From contig CAZTBI010000003.1 in the NCBI GenBank assembly GCA_964612055.1, forward strand, positions 40,268-104,267: a DNA stretch of 64,000 nt, in the 5' to 3' direction. Shown piece after piece: positions 8,867 through 18,478 of the stretch. The first letter of the stretch is position 1; every line of letters starts with the position of its first letter. Position numbers and translations under genes: made by a program. Source of the DNA: an uncultured Bdellovibrionales bacterium (GTDB lineage: Bacteria; Patescibacteriota; Minisyncoccia; Moranbacterales; UBA1568). The notes under the pieces are model-generated. The model worked only from the letters and a program-made list of their open reading frames with translations. It did not search any database and was not told where the DNA came from.

Positions 8867-9087
8867 TACACCAAGAGTCAAATCTGGTCAAGAGGGACTA
8901 AAAAGAATACAAGAGGCAAGTATTTTCTCTTCCCAAGAATTCTCTCAGGCGAGCCTGGAGCCAAAAGCATGGCCTTTCCCACCTCGGGAAAGTTTTGGCG
9001 GAAGATTCAGAAAAAATCACGCTGGGATTTTCTCGGCATGAGAGAGTTGCTTGGGAGCGAGAAGGCTATACCCCCTAATTTTTGACG

Positions 9088-10491
9088 TTACAGCGCTTCC
9101 ACCGCTTTGCGAAATTGTTCCCCACGGTCAAATTCGTTCTTGAAAAGCCCGAAACTGGCCGCTCCTGGCGAGAGGAGAACGACGTCTCCAGGCTCTGCTC
9201 CGCGTGTCGCCAATTCCACTGCTTTTTCCATACTTTCCACCACTTCAAAAGATCGTCCCTTTTCCTCTGCCGGCAAAAGATCCTGCAATGCCTGAAGTAA
9301 CTTCTCTGTCCCTTCTCCTTTGAAGAGCACCAATCCTTTGGAGCGGGTCAAAATTTCTTTGGCAAGCGAAGTAAAGTCGAGACGCTTGTCGCTCCCACCG
9401 GCGATGAGAATGACTGGTTCCGAAAAAGAACGGAGTGCCGCGACAGCAGCATCTGGAATAGTGGCCGCCGTATCATTGTAATAGACAATGCCCTTTTTCT
9501 CAGTAACTTTTTCGAGACGATGCGGAACTCCCGGAAAGTTTTTTATTCCAGCTCGCACTTCCTTCACCGACAAACCAGCAGCTAGCGAAGCGAGAGCGGC
9601 CAAAAGGACATTGGAAGTATTGTGCTCCCCTTTGAGAGGGATATCAGCAAGTGGTAGAAGAACACTTTCCTTCCCTTGCTCGGAAACCAAGAGGGTCTCA
9701 TCAGCAAGCCACGCTCCATCTCCCTCGATACCGTGTTTCACTGAAGAAAAAAGTATGGCTCCCGGAGCGTCCTGTACCATCGTACGCGCCTCTTCATTAT
9801 CGAAATCAGCGATTACGATATCACTTGGCTTCTGAAAACGAAAGATGTTTCCTTTGTCAGCTTGGTAGGCCGCCATTGTCTTGTAGTAATTCAAATGATC
9901 AGGATAGATATTGGTCAACACCGCGATGTGCGGACTTTTCTTTAGTGACGAGAGCGCCGAAAGACGCCACGAAGAAAGTTCGAAGACGACTACGGAATCT
10001 TTGATCACCCGATCGAGCATCGAAAGTACGCCCACCTGACTGATACCAACCCGCACCACTTGCTTCCCGGCCTGCTCGAGAATGTGGGCAATGAGAGTAG
10101 CAGTCGTTGTTTTTCCTTTACTCCCCGTCACACCAATAATCGGCGCTTTACAGAAACGAAAAAACAAACTGGAGTCCATCTCCACGGGGATGTGATGATC
10201 CAAGGCCAATTTCACGTATTCATTGGTCCAAGGGATAACCGGATTCTTGATCACCATGTCGACTCGAGTGAAATCTTCCGGTCGATGCTGACCCAAGACA
10301 TAGGTAACGTTCTTGTAGGAAGTAAGTTTTTTGAGTGACGGCGCCAATTCCTCGCGACTCTTGATATCAGTAACGATGACCTCCTTGGCTCCCTCTCGTA
10401 CCAAATACTGCACCGTCCCGACCCCGCCCATGTTTAAACCGAGTCCGAAAACGGTAACGCGCTTATTTTTGAAAAAAGATTCTGTAGCCAT
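9088..10491 (-). CDS. murD: UDP-N-acetylmuramoylalanine--D-glutamate ligase
   Basis: N-terminal VTVFGLGLNMGGVG Rossmann fold, Mur ligase ATP site GVTGSKGKTTT. Confidence 0.9.
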   Translation of the reverse strand: MATESFFKNKRVTVFGLGLNMGGVGTVQYLVREGAKEVIVTDIKSREELAPSLKKLTSYKNVTYVLGQHRPEDFTRVDMVIKNPVIPWTNEYVKLALDHHIPVEMDSSLFFRFCKAPIIGVTGSKGKTTTATLIAHILEQAGKQVVRVGISQVGVLSMLDRVIKDSVVVFELSSWRLSALSSLKKSPHIAVLTNIYPDHLNYYKTMAAYQADKGNIFRFQKPSDIVIADFDNEEARTMVQDAPGAILFSSVKHGIEGDGAWLADETLLVSEQGKESVLLPLADIPLKGEHNTSNVLLAALASLAAGLSVKEVRAGIKNFPGVPHRLEKVTEKKGIVYYNDTAATIPDAAVAALRSFSEPVILIAGGSDKRLDFTSLAKEILTRSKGLVLFKGEGTEKLLQALQDLLPAEEKGRSFEVVESMEKAVELATRGAEPGDVVLLSPGAASFGLFKNEFDRGEQFRKAVEAL

Positions 10492-10548
10492 AAGAGCCTC
10501 TAGTCTCTCATATCACCGCCCTTTTGTCACGCCCCAAAGAAGTGGCTT

Positions 10549-12138
10549 TTATGAGCCGAAAAATCCCCGTTTCTGACGAAGTACCAGGCCATTTCTCGCG
10601 CCTATTTTCCCATCTTCGTAGGCAAGAGCGCCGTTTACAATCACATGAGAAATACCAACTGGATACTGATAGGGATCTTCCAGTGTCGCCTTGTCTTCTA
10701 TAGTCTCTGGATCGAAAATCACGAGATCAGCAAAGTAGCCTTTTTCCAGAATACCTCTCTTTTCCAAACGAAACTTGAGTGCTGGCTTGCCCGTCATCTT
10801 GTGTACCGCCTCCTCCCATGATAGAGCTTTTTCCTTACGCACGTACTCTGCAAAAACCTTGGGGAAGGTTCCAAAATTTCTTGGATGTACCAAATCACCA
10901 GTATCAGCATACGACTTGTTATACCCGACACCGTTACTCGAGATAATAGAAAATGGATGCTGCACGGCTTTCAAAACGTTTCTTTCCGAAAGTGCCTCAA
11001 CAGAAACAATCGCTCGGCCATCACTCGCTAAAAGAAGATCGAGTACCACTTCTTCTGGAGACTTCCCCTGCAGCTCTGCGATCTCAGAAACCTTGCGCCG
11101 CGTCATCATCTTTGAAAGCGTCGAAGAGGAGATAAAAATCTGAGAGTAGTCATGGGAGTTTTTGTGCATATCACGCAGTACCGAAAGGTATGTCTGACGA
11201 TCTTTCAGATGCTCAATCATCATCTTGCGACCATGCTGCGTCACCCACTCCGGAAGAAACGTGTAAAGCACTGATCCGGTCGACGTATATGGATACACAT
11301 CGAAGGTCACTTCAATATCATTGAGCGCAGCGGTTTCGATCAAATTAAACACTTCGTCCATGAGGTGCCAGTTTTTCTCACCAACAGCCTTCAAGTGAGA
11401 AATATGGATTGGCGCTTCTGATTCTCGCGCCACCAAGAGTGCCTCCTCCACTGCTTTGACCAAATTCTCCTCTTCATCACGAACGTACGTAGCATAGACG
11501 CCACCCAAGTCAGCTGTTGTCTTGGCTAAGGTTGTCAGTTCACGAGCGCCAGCACCACGAGCATGCGTGTAGCGAAGACCCGTCGAAAACCCAATCGCTC
11601 CCTCCTTGAGAGCGCCTTTCAAAAAACCACGCATCATTTCAATTTCATCAGGGGCAATAGCCCGCGTCTCATCCTTAAGGGCGCCACGACGCAGCGTACC
11701 ATGACCTACCAATGTAGCAAAGTTCACCGATGGCGCACGTTTCTCCACTTCCCGCAAAAATTCCTCCATCGAAAGCCAGTTGAAATTTATCTTTTCTACG
11801 TCCGTCCACTTCTGGATAGAGCGGATGACCTCTGGACGAGCCAGTGGCGCCAAAGAGGATCCAGAATTTCCCCCGATAATAGTCGTGACTCCCTGAAAAA
11901 GCATACTTTCAAGTAATGGATTCGAAAGAAGCTGCCAATACGTATCGGAGTGGTTGTTGACGTCAACAAAACCGGGAGTCACATATTTTCCGGCAGCATC
12001 GATTTCTTTCTCCCCTCGGGCATGAGAAAGATCACCGAGCGCGACAATCTTGTCTTCGCTTAGGGCGATATCAGAGCGATACATCGGCCGACCACTACCA
12101 TCGATAACGGTGCCGTTCCGAATGAGGATGTCGTACAT
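10549..12138 (-). CDS. N-acyl-D-amino-acid deacylase (D-aminoacylase) family amidohydrolase
   Basis: MYDILIRNGTVIDGSG ... PGFVDVNNHSD; 529 aa; metal-dependent amidohydrolase fold. Confidence 0.75.
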   Translation of the reverse strand: MYDILIRNGTVIDGSGRPMYRSDIALSEDKIVALGDLSHARGEKEIDAAGKYVTPGFVDVNNHSDTYWQLLSNPLLESMLFQGVTTIIGGNSGSSLAPLARPEVIRSIQKWTDVEKINFNWLSMEEFLREVEKRAPSVNFATLVGHGTLRRGALKDETRAIAPDEIEMMRGFLKGALKEGAIGFSTGLRYTHARGAGARELTTLAKTTADLGGVYATYVRDEEENLVKAVEEALLVARESEAPIHISHLKAVGEKNWHLMDEVFNLIETAALNDIEVTFDVYPYTSTGSVLYTFLPEWVTQHGRKMMIEHLKDRQTYLSVLRDMHKNSHDYSQIFISSSTLSKMMTRRKVSEIAELQGKSPEEVVLDLLLASDGRAIVSVEALSERNVLKAVQHPFSIISSNGVGYNKSYADTGDLVHPRNFGTFPKVFAEYVRKEKALSWEEAVHKMTGKPALKFRLEKRGILEKGYFADLVIFDPETIEDKATLEDPYQYPVGISHVIVNGALAYEDGKIGARNGLVLRQKRGFFGS

Positions 12139-12170
12139 AATTTTCTAAGTATCTATCTCAAATCTCAACG

Positions 12171-13238
12171 CTATTTCTCTGCTGATTTTTTCTCTGCTTT
12201 CGAAACTACCTGTTCAATCTGTTTCATGAACTCCTTATCTTTCTGAAGAATCTTTGGTACCAACAATCCGATATCAACGCTTTCCTTCAATTCCTGCACC
12301 TTTTCCATGGCACCACTTTTTGCTCGAGAAAGCATCTCATCATACCCCTCCATCTGTGGTAAAGCGAAACGAACATTGCGATAATCAGCCCGGATACCAG
12401 CCACCACCACTTTGGCCGTTCTCATCTCCGGAAGCATTTCCGAAAGAGCGCTCCCTGAGTTACGACTACTCTTCACAGAGGCAACTTTCACGTTGAAATC
12501 CTCATCCTTCTTGAGGTTAGCGTCAGCATAGTGCATGGCATAGGCCGGATCAACTTTGGCTACCTCCAACATGAAAGGTTTATCCTTCTTGGCATTGGCC
12601 GGCAATCCCTCAAGAACCTTCCCGAGAGAACCCGTCGCCCGCTTCACTTCCTCAAGATAGTGGGCAAACTCATTCCCCGTACTCATGCCAGCTTCGGCAA
12701 TTTGCTCCTGCCCAAAACTTTCGTCAGGGGCGATACCTAGTCCTTCGCGACTCTTTTCTATTTCTGCCTCATTGACAGTATTTTTTTCCGGAACACTTTC
12801 CTTCACTACCACCGGTTCTGGTATTACCTGAGCCACCTCTTCCGCTACCGACTCTTTTTCTGGAGCGGTTGTCTTTTCGGGCTGCTCCGATTGAGGGGCG
12901 CTCACAGTACGAGGACTCTGTCCGGTCAGGGCCGCTAATTTAAGCTCCCAAGTCTTGCGTTCCTCAATCAACCGAATCAATTCGTCATCCGGCTTATCCG
13001 GAGAAATGAACTTGTTCAAACGATCAATCTCTTTTTCAATATCTGTTTTTTCTTCTTCGAGACGCGCTTGCTTTTCCTCCTCCTCTTGGAGTTTCTCATA
13101 CTGTTTCTGCAACTCTTCCAACCGTTTCCGTTCAGCCAATAACTGCAGAATCTCTTCATCAGAAAGTTTACCGAATGAAGTATCAGCTATTTCTGTCAAA
13201 CGACTCTCGTGATCTTCTCCTTTTTTCATAAAACGCAC
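12171..13238 (-). CDS. hypothetical coiled-coil protein (E/K-rich N-terminus, low-complexity linker, C-terminal globular part)
   Basis: ORF of 355 aa with heptad-like EELQKQYEKLQEEEEKQARLEEEK; no recognisable catalytic motif. Confidence 0.5.
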   Translation of the reverse strand: MRFMKKGEDHESRLTEIADTSFGKLSDEEILQLLAERKRLEELQKQYEKLQEEEEKQARLEEEKTDIEKEIDRLNKFISPDKPDDELIRLIEERKTWELKLAALTGQSPRTVSAPQSEQPEKTTAPEKESVAEEVAQVIPEPVVVKESVPEKNTVNEAEIEKSREGLGIAPDESFGQEQIAEAGMSTGNEFAHYLEEVKRATGSLGKVLEGLPANAKKDKPFMLEVAKVDPAYAMHYADANLKKDEDFNVKVASVKSSRNSGSALSEMLPEMRTAKVVVAGIRADYRNVRFALPQMEGYDEMLSRAKSGAMEKVQELKESVDIGLLVPKILQKDKEFMKQIEQVVSKAEKKSAEK

Positions 13239-13247
13239 ACGTGATTA

Positions 13248-14249
13248 TCAAACAAGCTCTGCCATTTCAACGAGACGATTCGAATACCCCCACTCGTTAT
13301 CGTACCAGGCGATAATTTTCACGAGATCCCCATCAATGACCTTGGTCAGAGAGAGGTCCACAATGCTGGAATACGGATTCCCGATAAAGTCAGAGGATAC
13401 TAACGGCTCTTCGGTCACAGAAAGTACCTTGCTGTACCGAGCCTCTTTGGAGGCTGCTTTCAAAACAGCGTTTATTTCTTCAACCGTTGTTTTCTTTTTC
13501 AAAACAAAAGTGAAGTCAGTCAGTGAGACGACGATGGTCGGCACACGAAGCGAGTGTCCATCGAACAATCCTTTCAATTCCGGCATCACCTGTGTCACCG
13601 CAATCGCCGCCCCTGTAGTCGTCGGCACAATATTGGAAGCAGCGGCTCGCGCTCGACGGAGATCTTTGTGCGGACCATCCTGAAGATTCTGATCGGCCGT
13701 ATAGGAGTGGATCGTCGTCATAAGCGCTTTGGCGATACCAAACTTGTCATGAATAACCTTGGCTACCGGAGCTAAGGAGTTCGTCGTACAGGAAGCATTG
13801 GAAACAACTGCCTGACCTTTATACTCATCTTCATTGACACCCATGAGAAACGTCGGTACCGAATCATCTTCGCCCTTAGCAGGAGCAGAGAGGATAACTT
13901 TTTTCGCCCCAGCAGAAACATGCTGTGAGGCCCCTTTTTGATCAGTAAACCGCCCCGTACATTCGAGCACCACGTCAACGGCAAGCTCTTTCCATGGCAG
14001 TTTGGTAGGATCAGGTTCGGCATAGACAGGAAATTCTTTCCCATCTACAACCAGTTTCGATCCGTTCACTGACACCTCTTTACGGTAATGACCATAGGCC
14101 GTATCGTAACGGAGCAGATGAGCCAGGACGGAAGGTTCGGTCAGGTCGTTGATAGCTACCACTTCCAGATCATTTTTTTCCAAAGCGATTTTGAAAGCAG
14201 CGCGACCAATCCGACCAAAACCATTAATAGCGATGCGTTTCTTGTTCAT
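13248..14249 (-). CDS. gap: glyceraldehyde-3-phosphate dehydrogenase
   Basis: INGFGRIGR, catalytic SNASCTTNSLAP. Confidence 0.95.
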   Translation of the reverse strand: MNKKRIAINGFGRIGRAAFKIALEKNDLEVVAINDLTEPSVLAHLLRYDTAYGHYRKEVSVNGSKLVVDGKEFPVYAEPDPTKLPWKELAVDVVLECTGRFTDQKGASQHVSAGAKKVILSAPAKGEDDSVPTFLMGVNEDEYKGQAVVSNASCTTNSLAPVAKVIHDKFGIAKALMTTIHSYTADQNLQDGPHKDLRRARAAASNIVPTTTGAAIAVTQVMPELKGLFDGHSLRVPTIVVSLTDFTFVLKKKTTVEEINAVLKAASKEARYSKVLSVTEEPLVSSDFIGNPYSSIVDLSLTKVIDGDLVKIIAWYDNEWGYSNRLVEMAELV

Positions 14250-14268
14250 GACATTTCATAGCTAATGA

Positions 14269-15126
14269 TTAGACCTTGTGGGCACTGCCAAAGGCCAGTA
14301 TTTTTGCTTTCACTGCCTCTTTCACAGCTGTTTGTCCTTTCCCCAAAACCTTACGCAAATCGGTTTCGTCCTCGGACTGAAGCGCTTCACGCAAGCCTCC
14401 GATAAAAGCCAATCTGGTAGCGGTATCGACATTGAAGCAGCTAATCCCGCGCTTGATCACTTCGGCCACACGGCCATCCTCCCAGTCTGAAGCACCATGT
14501 AAAACCAATGGCACCTCTACGAGTTCAGCGATAGAGGATAGGCGCTCATAATCAGCCTCACTTCGTTCACGAAAAAAACCATGAGCATTTCCAATAGCCA
14601 CCGCCAAAGTATCAATGCCGGTTTCTTTGACGAACTGCGCCGCCTGATCTGGATCAGTCATGTACTTCGCCCAGTCAACGGTCTCCATTTGCATTTCCCC
14701 AATATAGGGAACATTACCGAGTTCAGCCTGCACAACCACGCCTCGTTCGTGAGCGATTTCAACAATCTTCTTCGTCATCATGAGATTATCGACATAGTCC
14801 TTGCGCGAACCATCATACATGACAGAGGCAAAGCCAATGTCCATAGCTCGGCCCACTACTTCAAAACTCTTTCCATGGTCGAGATGAATCCCAACTGGTA
14901 TTTCAGGGGCATAAAACTCGGCAATATTCTTTGTGAGATGATAGATAGCCCGACCACCAGCATAATCAAAAGTCTTTTCCGTCATCTGAATAATAACGGG
15001 CGAGGAAAGTTCTTTGGCCGCCTCAATAATGGCTCGCGTCGTTTCAAGATTCACGGTATTAAAAGCACCCACCGCGTACCCGCCTGCCTTCGCCTTCTCC
15101 AACAATTCTTTGACGTTTGCTATCAT
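14269..15126 (-). CDS. fba: class II fructose-bisphosphate aldolase
   Basis: VGAFNTVNLE N-terminus; HGAS ... zinc-ligand region; 285 aa. Confidence 0.85.
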   Translation of the reverse strand: MIANVKELLEKAKAGGYAVGAFNTVNLETTRAIIEAAKELSSPVIIQMTEKTFDYAGGRAIYHLTKNIAEFYAPEIPVGIHLDHGKSFEVVGRAMDIGFASVMYDGSRKDYVDNLMMTKKIVEIAHERGVVVQAELGNVPYIGEMQMETVDWAKYMTDPDQAAQFVKETGIDTLAVAIGNAHGFFRERSEADYERLSSIAELVEVPLVLHGASDWEDGRVAEVIKRGISCFNVDTATRLAFIGGLREALQSEDETDLRKVLGKGQTAVKEAVKAKILAFGSAHKV

Positions 15127-15131
15127 ACTGA

Positions 15132-15929
15132 TTATTTTTTATTTTTTTCTTCCTGTTCTGCAGTCGCCCGCTCCTCAAATATATTCATCATTTTCGCTAT
15201 TTCATACGGAAACAAACTCTCTCGCCCGACCAAGACACCATCCATCCCAGCCTCGAAAGAAACTGCCGGCAAAAAAGAACTCTTGACCGATCCACCGTAG
15301 AGCACCGAGATCTTGTCGGCTGTCTCGGCATCAAACATTTCCGAAAGTATCTTGCGCAGCAACACTCGTACCTGGAGAATTTCTTGTGATGTTGGCAACT
15401 GATCAGTACCTATCGCCCAACGCGGCTCGTACGCAATCATAATTTTCTCTGCCTGCAACTTTGAAAGGTCAGCAAAAATACTCTGCACCTGAAGAGAAAG
15501 GATCCGGTCAGTTTCTTCAGCGTGCCTCTCTTCTTCGGTCTCGCCAATACAGACAATAGGAATCAAGAGATTCTTGAGAGCGGCCGATATCTTTTTCTTC
15601 ACAATTTCATTGGTTTCTCCTAAAATGGCACGCCGCTCGCTATGCCCGATGATAACCGCTGTCACGCCAGCGTTCTTCAGCATCAAGGGAGAAATTTCTC
15701 CCGTATAGGCACCACTTTTTTCCCAAAAGACATCCTGCGCCCCACACTCTATGCCCTTGGGAAGATGAGAGAAATCAGAAAGATACAGAAATGGCGGACA
15801 GAGAGTAGTTTTGACATGGCGATACGCATGATCTTTCAACTCTCGCTTCAAGACGGCGATATACTGAAGCGCCTCCTCATGAGAAAGCATGTTCATTTTC
15901 AGATTTCCGACGACATGGAACGTGCGCAT
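15132..15929 (-). CDS. tpiA: triosephosphate isomerase
   Basis: GNLKMN, AYEPRWAIGTD and GGSVK motifs. Confidence 0.9.
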   Translation of the reverse strand: MRTFHVVGNLKMNMLSHEEALQYIAVLKRELKDHAYRHVKTTLCPPFLYLSDFSHLPKGIECGAQDVFWEKSGAYTGEISPLMLKNAGVTAVIIGHSERRAILGETNEIVKKKISAALKNLLIPIVCIGETEEERHAEETDRILSLQVQSIFADLSKLQAEKIMIAYEPRWAIGTDQLPTSQEILQVRVLLRKILSEMFDAETADKISVLYGGSVKSSFLPAVSFEAGMDGVLVGRESLFPYEIAKMMNIFEERATAEQEEKNKK

Positions 15930-15934
15930 AGATT

Positions 15935-16966
15935 TCAGAGGCTACTTAATTTGGAACGGAGGTATTCGGCTGCCACTTCCGGCTGAAGAGTTGAGACCTC
16001 AATCCCTGTTGAAAATTCAAATCCTCCCCAATTTGCGGTATGAGGCAAAATCTCAATATGCCACTGATAATGCGGGTAATCCTTACCATCACAAGGAGCG
16101 GTATGGATATAGAAATTGTAGGCAGGATCATTTAAGCCCAAGTAGAGAGATTGGAGCGCTTTTTGGAGTGCCTCAGCGGCTGTAAACTTCTCTTCTTCTG
16201 TAATGCGCTCAAAATAGGGGTTGTGACGCTTCCCAACTACCCAAACTTCAAATGCCGCTCGAGAAGCAAAGGGACAGAAAACGACAAAGTGCTCATTCTC
16301 AAAAATCACCCTTTCTTTGCGTTCCTGCTCATACTCCACCATCACATCATACACATGGTGCTTGTTACTCTTGTAATAACGAGCGGCTCCTTGCAGTTCT
16401 GATTCAATATAAGGAGAGACCACCGGGATGGCCATGAGCTGTGAGTGCGGATGGGCGAGTGATGCCCCAGCCTCCTTACCGTGATTATGAAAAAGTTGAA
16501 TATAATTAACACTCTTTTTATTCATGAGATCCAGGTAGCGCTCTTGATAGGCATCAATCACCTCAGCCACCTGCCAAGTGTCAAGAAGTGCTAGTGATGT
16601 ATGAGCATCTCTCGTAACAATCACTTCATGATACCCCACTCCAGACATAGCAAAATATGGCCCCTGAGAGAGCTCTTTCACCTGCCTGCCTCGAGAAAAG
16701 GCTGGGTACTTATTCGGAAAAACCCGCAGACTCCAATCACCATCTTCGCGACGATACACGAGCACGTCTTTCTCCTGTCCACTCTCTTCCGGATCTTCAA
16801 AAGGATCAATCTCATCACGAGCTATAATGCGTTCCGACTGAACAAAAGCATCTGGACGCTTGGCGCGACCAGTCGCAATCACTACCCAATCACCGGTTAC
16901 GATATCCTGACGTAACTCTGATTCTTGAGAACTCTTTTTCGTTTTTTCTGCTGTTTGTTCTGTCAT
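15935..16966 (-). CDS. galT: galactose-1-phosphate uridylyltransferase (HIT superfamily)
   Basis: HPHSQ active-site motif, FENEHFVVFCPFASRAAFE. Confidence 0.8.
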   Translation of the reverse strand: MTEQTAEKTKKSSQESELRQDIVTGDWVVIATGRAKRPDAFVQSERIIARDEIDPFEDPEESGQEKDVLVYRREDGDWSLRVFPNKYPAFSRGRQVKELSQGPYFAMSGVGYHEVIVTRDAHTSLALLDTWQVAEVIDAYQERYLDLMNKKSVNYIQLFHNHGKEAGASLAHPHSQLMAIPVVSPYIESELQGAARYYKSNKHHVYDVMVEYEQERKERVIFENEHFVVFCPFASRAAFEVWVVGKRHNPYFERITEEEKFTAAEALQKALQSLYLGLNDPAYNFYIHTAPCDGKDYPHYQWHIEILPHTANWGGFEFSTGIEVSTLQPEVAAEYLRSKLSSL

Positions 16967-17026
16967 TTTTTTGGTTTTTGTTTACCCTGATCCGTAAGCT
17001 TGCGGATGTCGAAGGGTTGCCTCAAT

Positions 17027-17791
17027 CTACTGTGCCCGTTTCGTGTACTCTGTGATACGGTAGGCTCCAGAGAGCAATCGCCACTTGGTCTTGAAAAGAT
17101 CAATGAGTACCTGAATGAAACCATTCGGGCCAGTGAGAGAGACTGTCGAGCCTTCTTCATTCATCCAGCGCACCGGCATCTGCTTCACCTTGAACCCCAG
17201 TTTGAGCGAGAGAATGACGAGTTCAAAATCAAATCCGAAACGATCAACCACCATACGACTGGCTACCTCGTGAGCCGCTGTACCAGAAAGCATTTTGAAC
17301 CCACACTGGGTATCAGGATAATTCCAGAGTCCGAGGACGATACGAATCAACCAGTTACCGCCCTGACCCAAAATTTCACGATGCTTGGGCTGATGCACCT
17401 GAATGAAAGAGCCTTCTGCTTTCCGAGAACCAATAACGACATCACAACCTGCCTCGAGCTGTGGTAAGAATGTCTCAAGATGCGTAATCGATGTCGAGCC
17501 ATCTGCATCAAGGAAAACACAGTACTTGCCCTTGGCTTCGAGAAGTCCCTGACGAACGACATATCCCTTGCCATGATTTTCGGTATTCTCAATGACCCGC
17601 AAACAGGGCACTTGCAGAGCATAGTTACGCGCCACTTCCGCCGTATTATCGGGAGATCCATCTACGACCACCACGATCTCGTAGGTATAGCTCTTGCTCT
17701 TCAAATACTTATCGATCTCGAGCAAATTGCGTCCGATACGCTCTCCTTCTTTGTACGCCGGAATAACAACTGAAAGATAGGGTGTTTCCAT
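17027..17791 (-). CDS. GT2-family glycosyltransferase (polyprenyl-phosphate sugar transferase-like)
   Basis: LSVVIPAYKE ... VVVVDGSPDNT ... VFLDADGST, a DxD-type GT-A fold. Confidence 0.8.
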   Translation of the reverse strand: METPYLSVVIPAYKEGERIGRNLLEIDKYLKSKSYTYEIVVVVDGSPDNTAEVARNYALQVPCLRVIENTENHGKGYVVRQGLLEAKGKYCVFLDADGSTSITHLETFLPQLEAGCDVVIGSRKAEGSFIQVHQPKHREILGQGGNWLIRIVLGLWNYPDTQCGFKMLSGTAAHEVASRMVVDRFGFDFELVILSLKLGFKVKQMPVRWMNEEGSTVSLTGPNGFIQVLIDLFKTKWRLLSGAYRITEYTKRAQ

Positions 17792-17880
17792 AGAAAAAAT
17801 AGCGGGTGAAAAAGTTTCCGAATCACGTCTTTATTGTAACACAAAACGAAACCCACTGCACTGCTTTTCTCGCCCTCTTC

Positions 17881-18279
17881 TTACCTTTTTTCAAGCCAAG
17901 ACTGAAGAATAATCCGAGCCGCCTCTGTATCATCCTGAGAAGAAACTTGAGAGTACCCCTGGGCAATGAGGTTACTCTGGGCCATTTTTGACGTAAACAT
18001 CTCATCCTGATACTCCACGGCTACTTCGAAGCGTTCCGATATACGTTTTCCCAGTTTTTCACCTTCGTGATCCCCCTTATAAGTGTCACTTTTGTGTATT
18101 CCAATAATCACTGTTCCGACTTCTTCCTTTTGAAGAAGCGCTCCAATCTCTTCCAAAAGCCCCTCATCATTTTTGAGAACCCCATAAGGAAGCGCTATAC
18201 CGGTTTCCTCATGCGCCAAAGCGACCCCCACTTTGGAGGAGCCCCAATCAAGCCCGAGATAATTCTTTGCGTCATTCAT
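17881..18279 (-). CDS. ruvX: Holliday-junction resolvase-like RNase RuvX/YqgF
   Basis: YLGLDWGSSKVGVALA N-terminal RNase H-like motif; 132 aa. Confidence 0.85.
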   Translation of the reverse strand: MNDAKNYLGLDWGSSKVGVALAHEETGIALPYGVLKNDEGLLEEIGALLQKEEVGTVIIGIHKSDTYKGDHEGEKLGKRISERFEVAVEYQDEMFTSKMAQSNLIAQGYSQVSSQDDTEAARIILQSWLEKR

Positions 18280-18294
18280 AGAAGAAAATTGTTC

Positions 18295-18460
18295 AAAGAT
18301 ATTTCTTTTCTGAATTCCTGATTGACGTCGGTAACATTTCTGATGAATGAGCCGCTAGAAATGATTGATTCTCGATGGCTTCGAGTATGTGAGATCATTT
18401 CTCGGTCGAGAGAGTCAGAAATGTTCGACGGAAAGAAAGGGGAAGAAAAGGAATATCTTT
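18295..18460. repeat. MITE-like ~166-bp intergenic hairpin element, copy B
   Basis: Same terminal inverted repeats and internal hairpins as copy A (4013..4178). It lies just 3' of the map stop; copy A lies just 3' of the mreB stop. Confidence 0.7.
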
Positions 18461-18478
18461 GGATAATTTTTACACAAA

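Noticed and set aside
8960-8997. Hairpin CCAAAAG...CTTTCCC-acctc-GGGAAAG-TTTTGG downstream of murD as a terminator
   Set aside because: There is no U-tract on the murD (minus) strand after the stem. It may be an RNA structure, but it is not a convincing intrinsic terminator.
8528-9085. Plus-strand ORFs 8528..9085 and 8634..9041 over the csoR-like gene and operator
   Set aside because: They are antisense to the DUF156 regulator and run through its promoter/operator palindrome.
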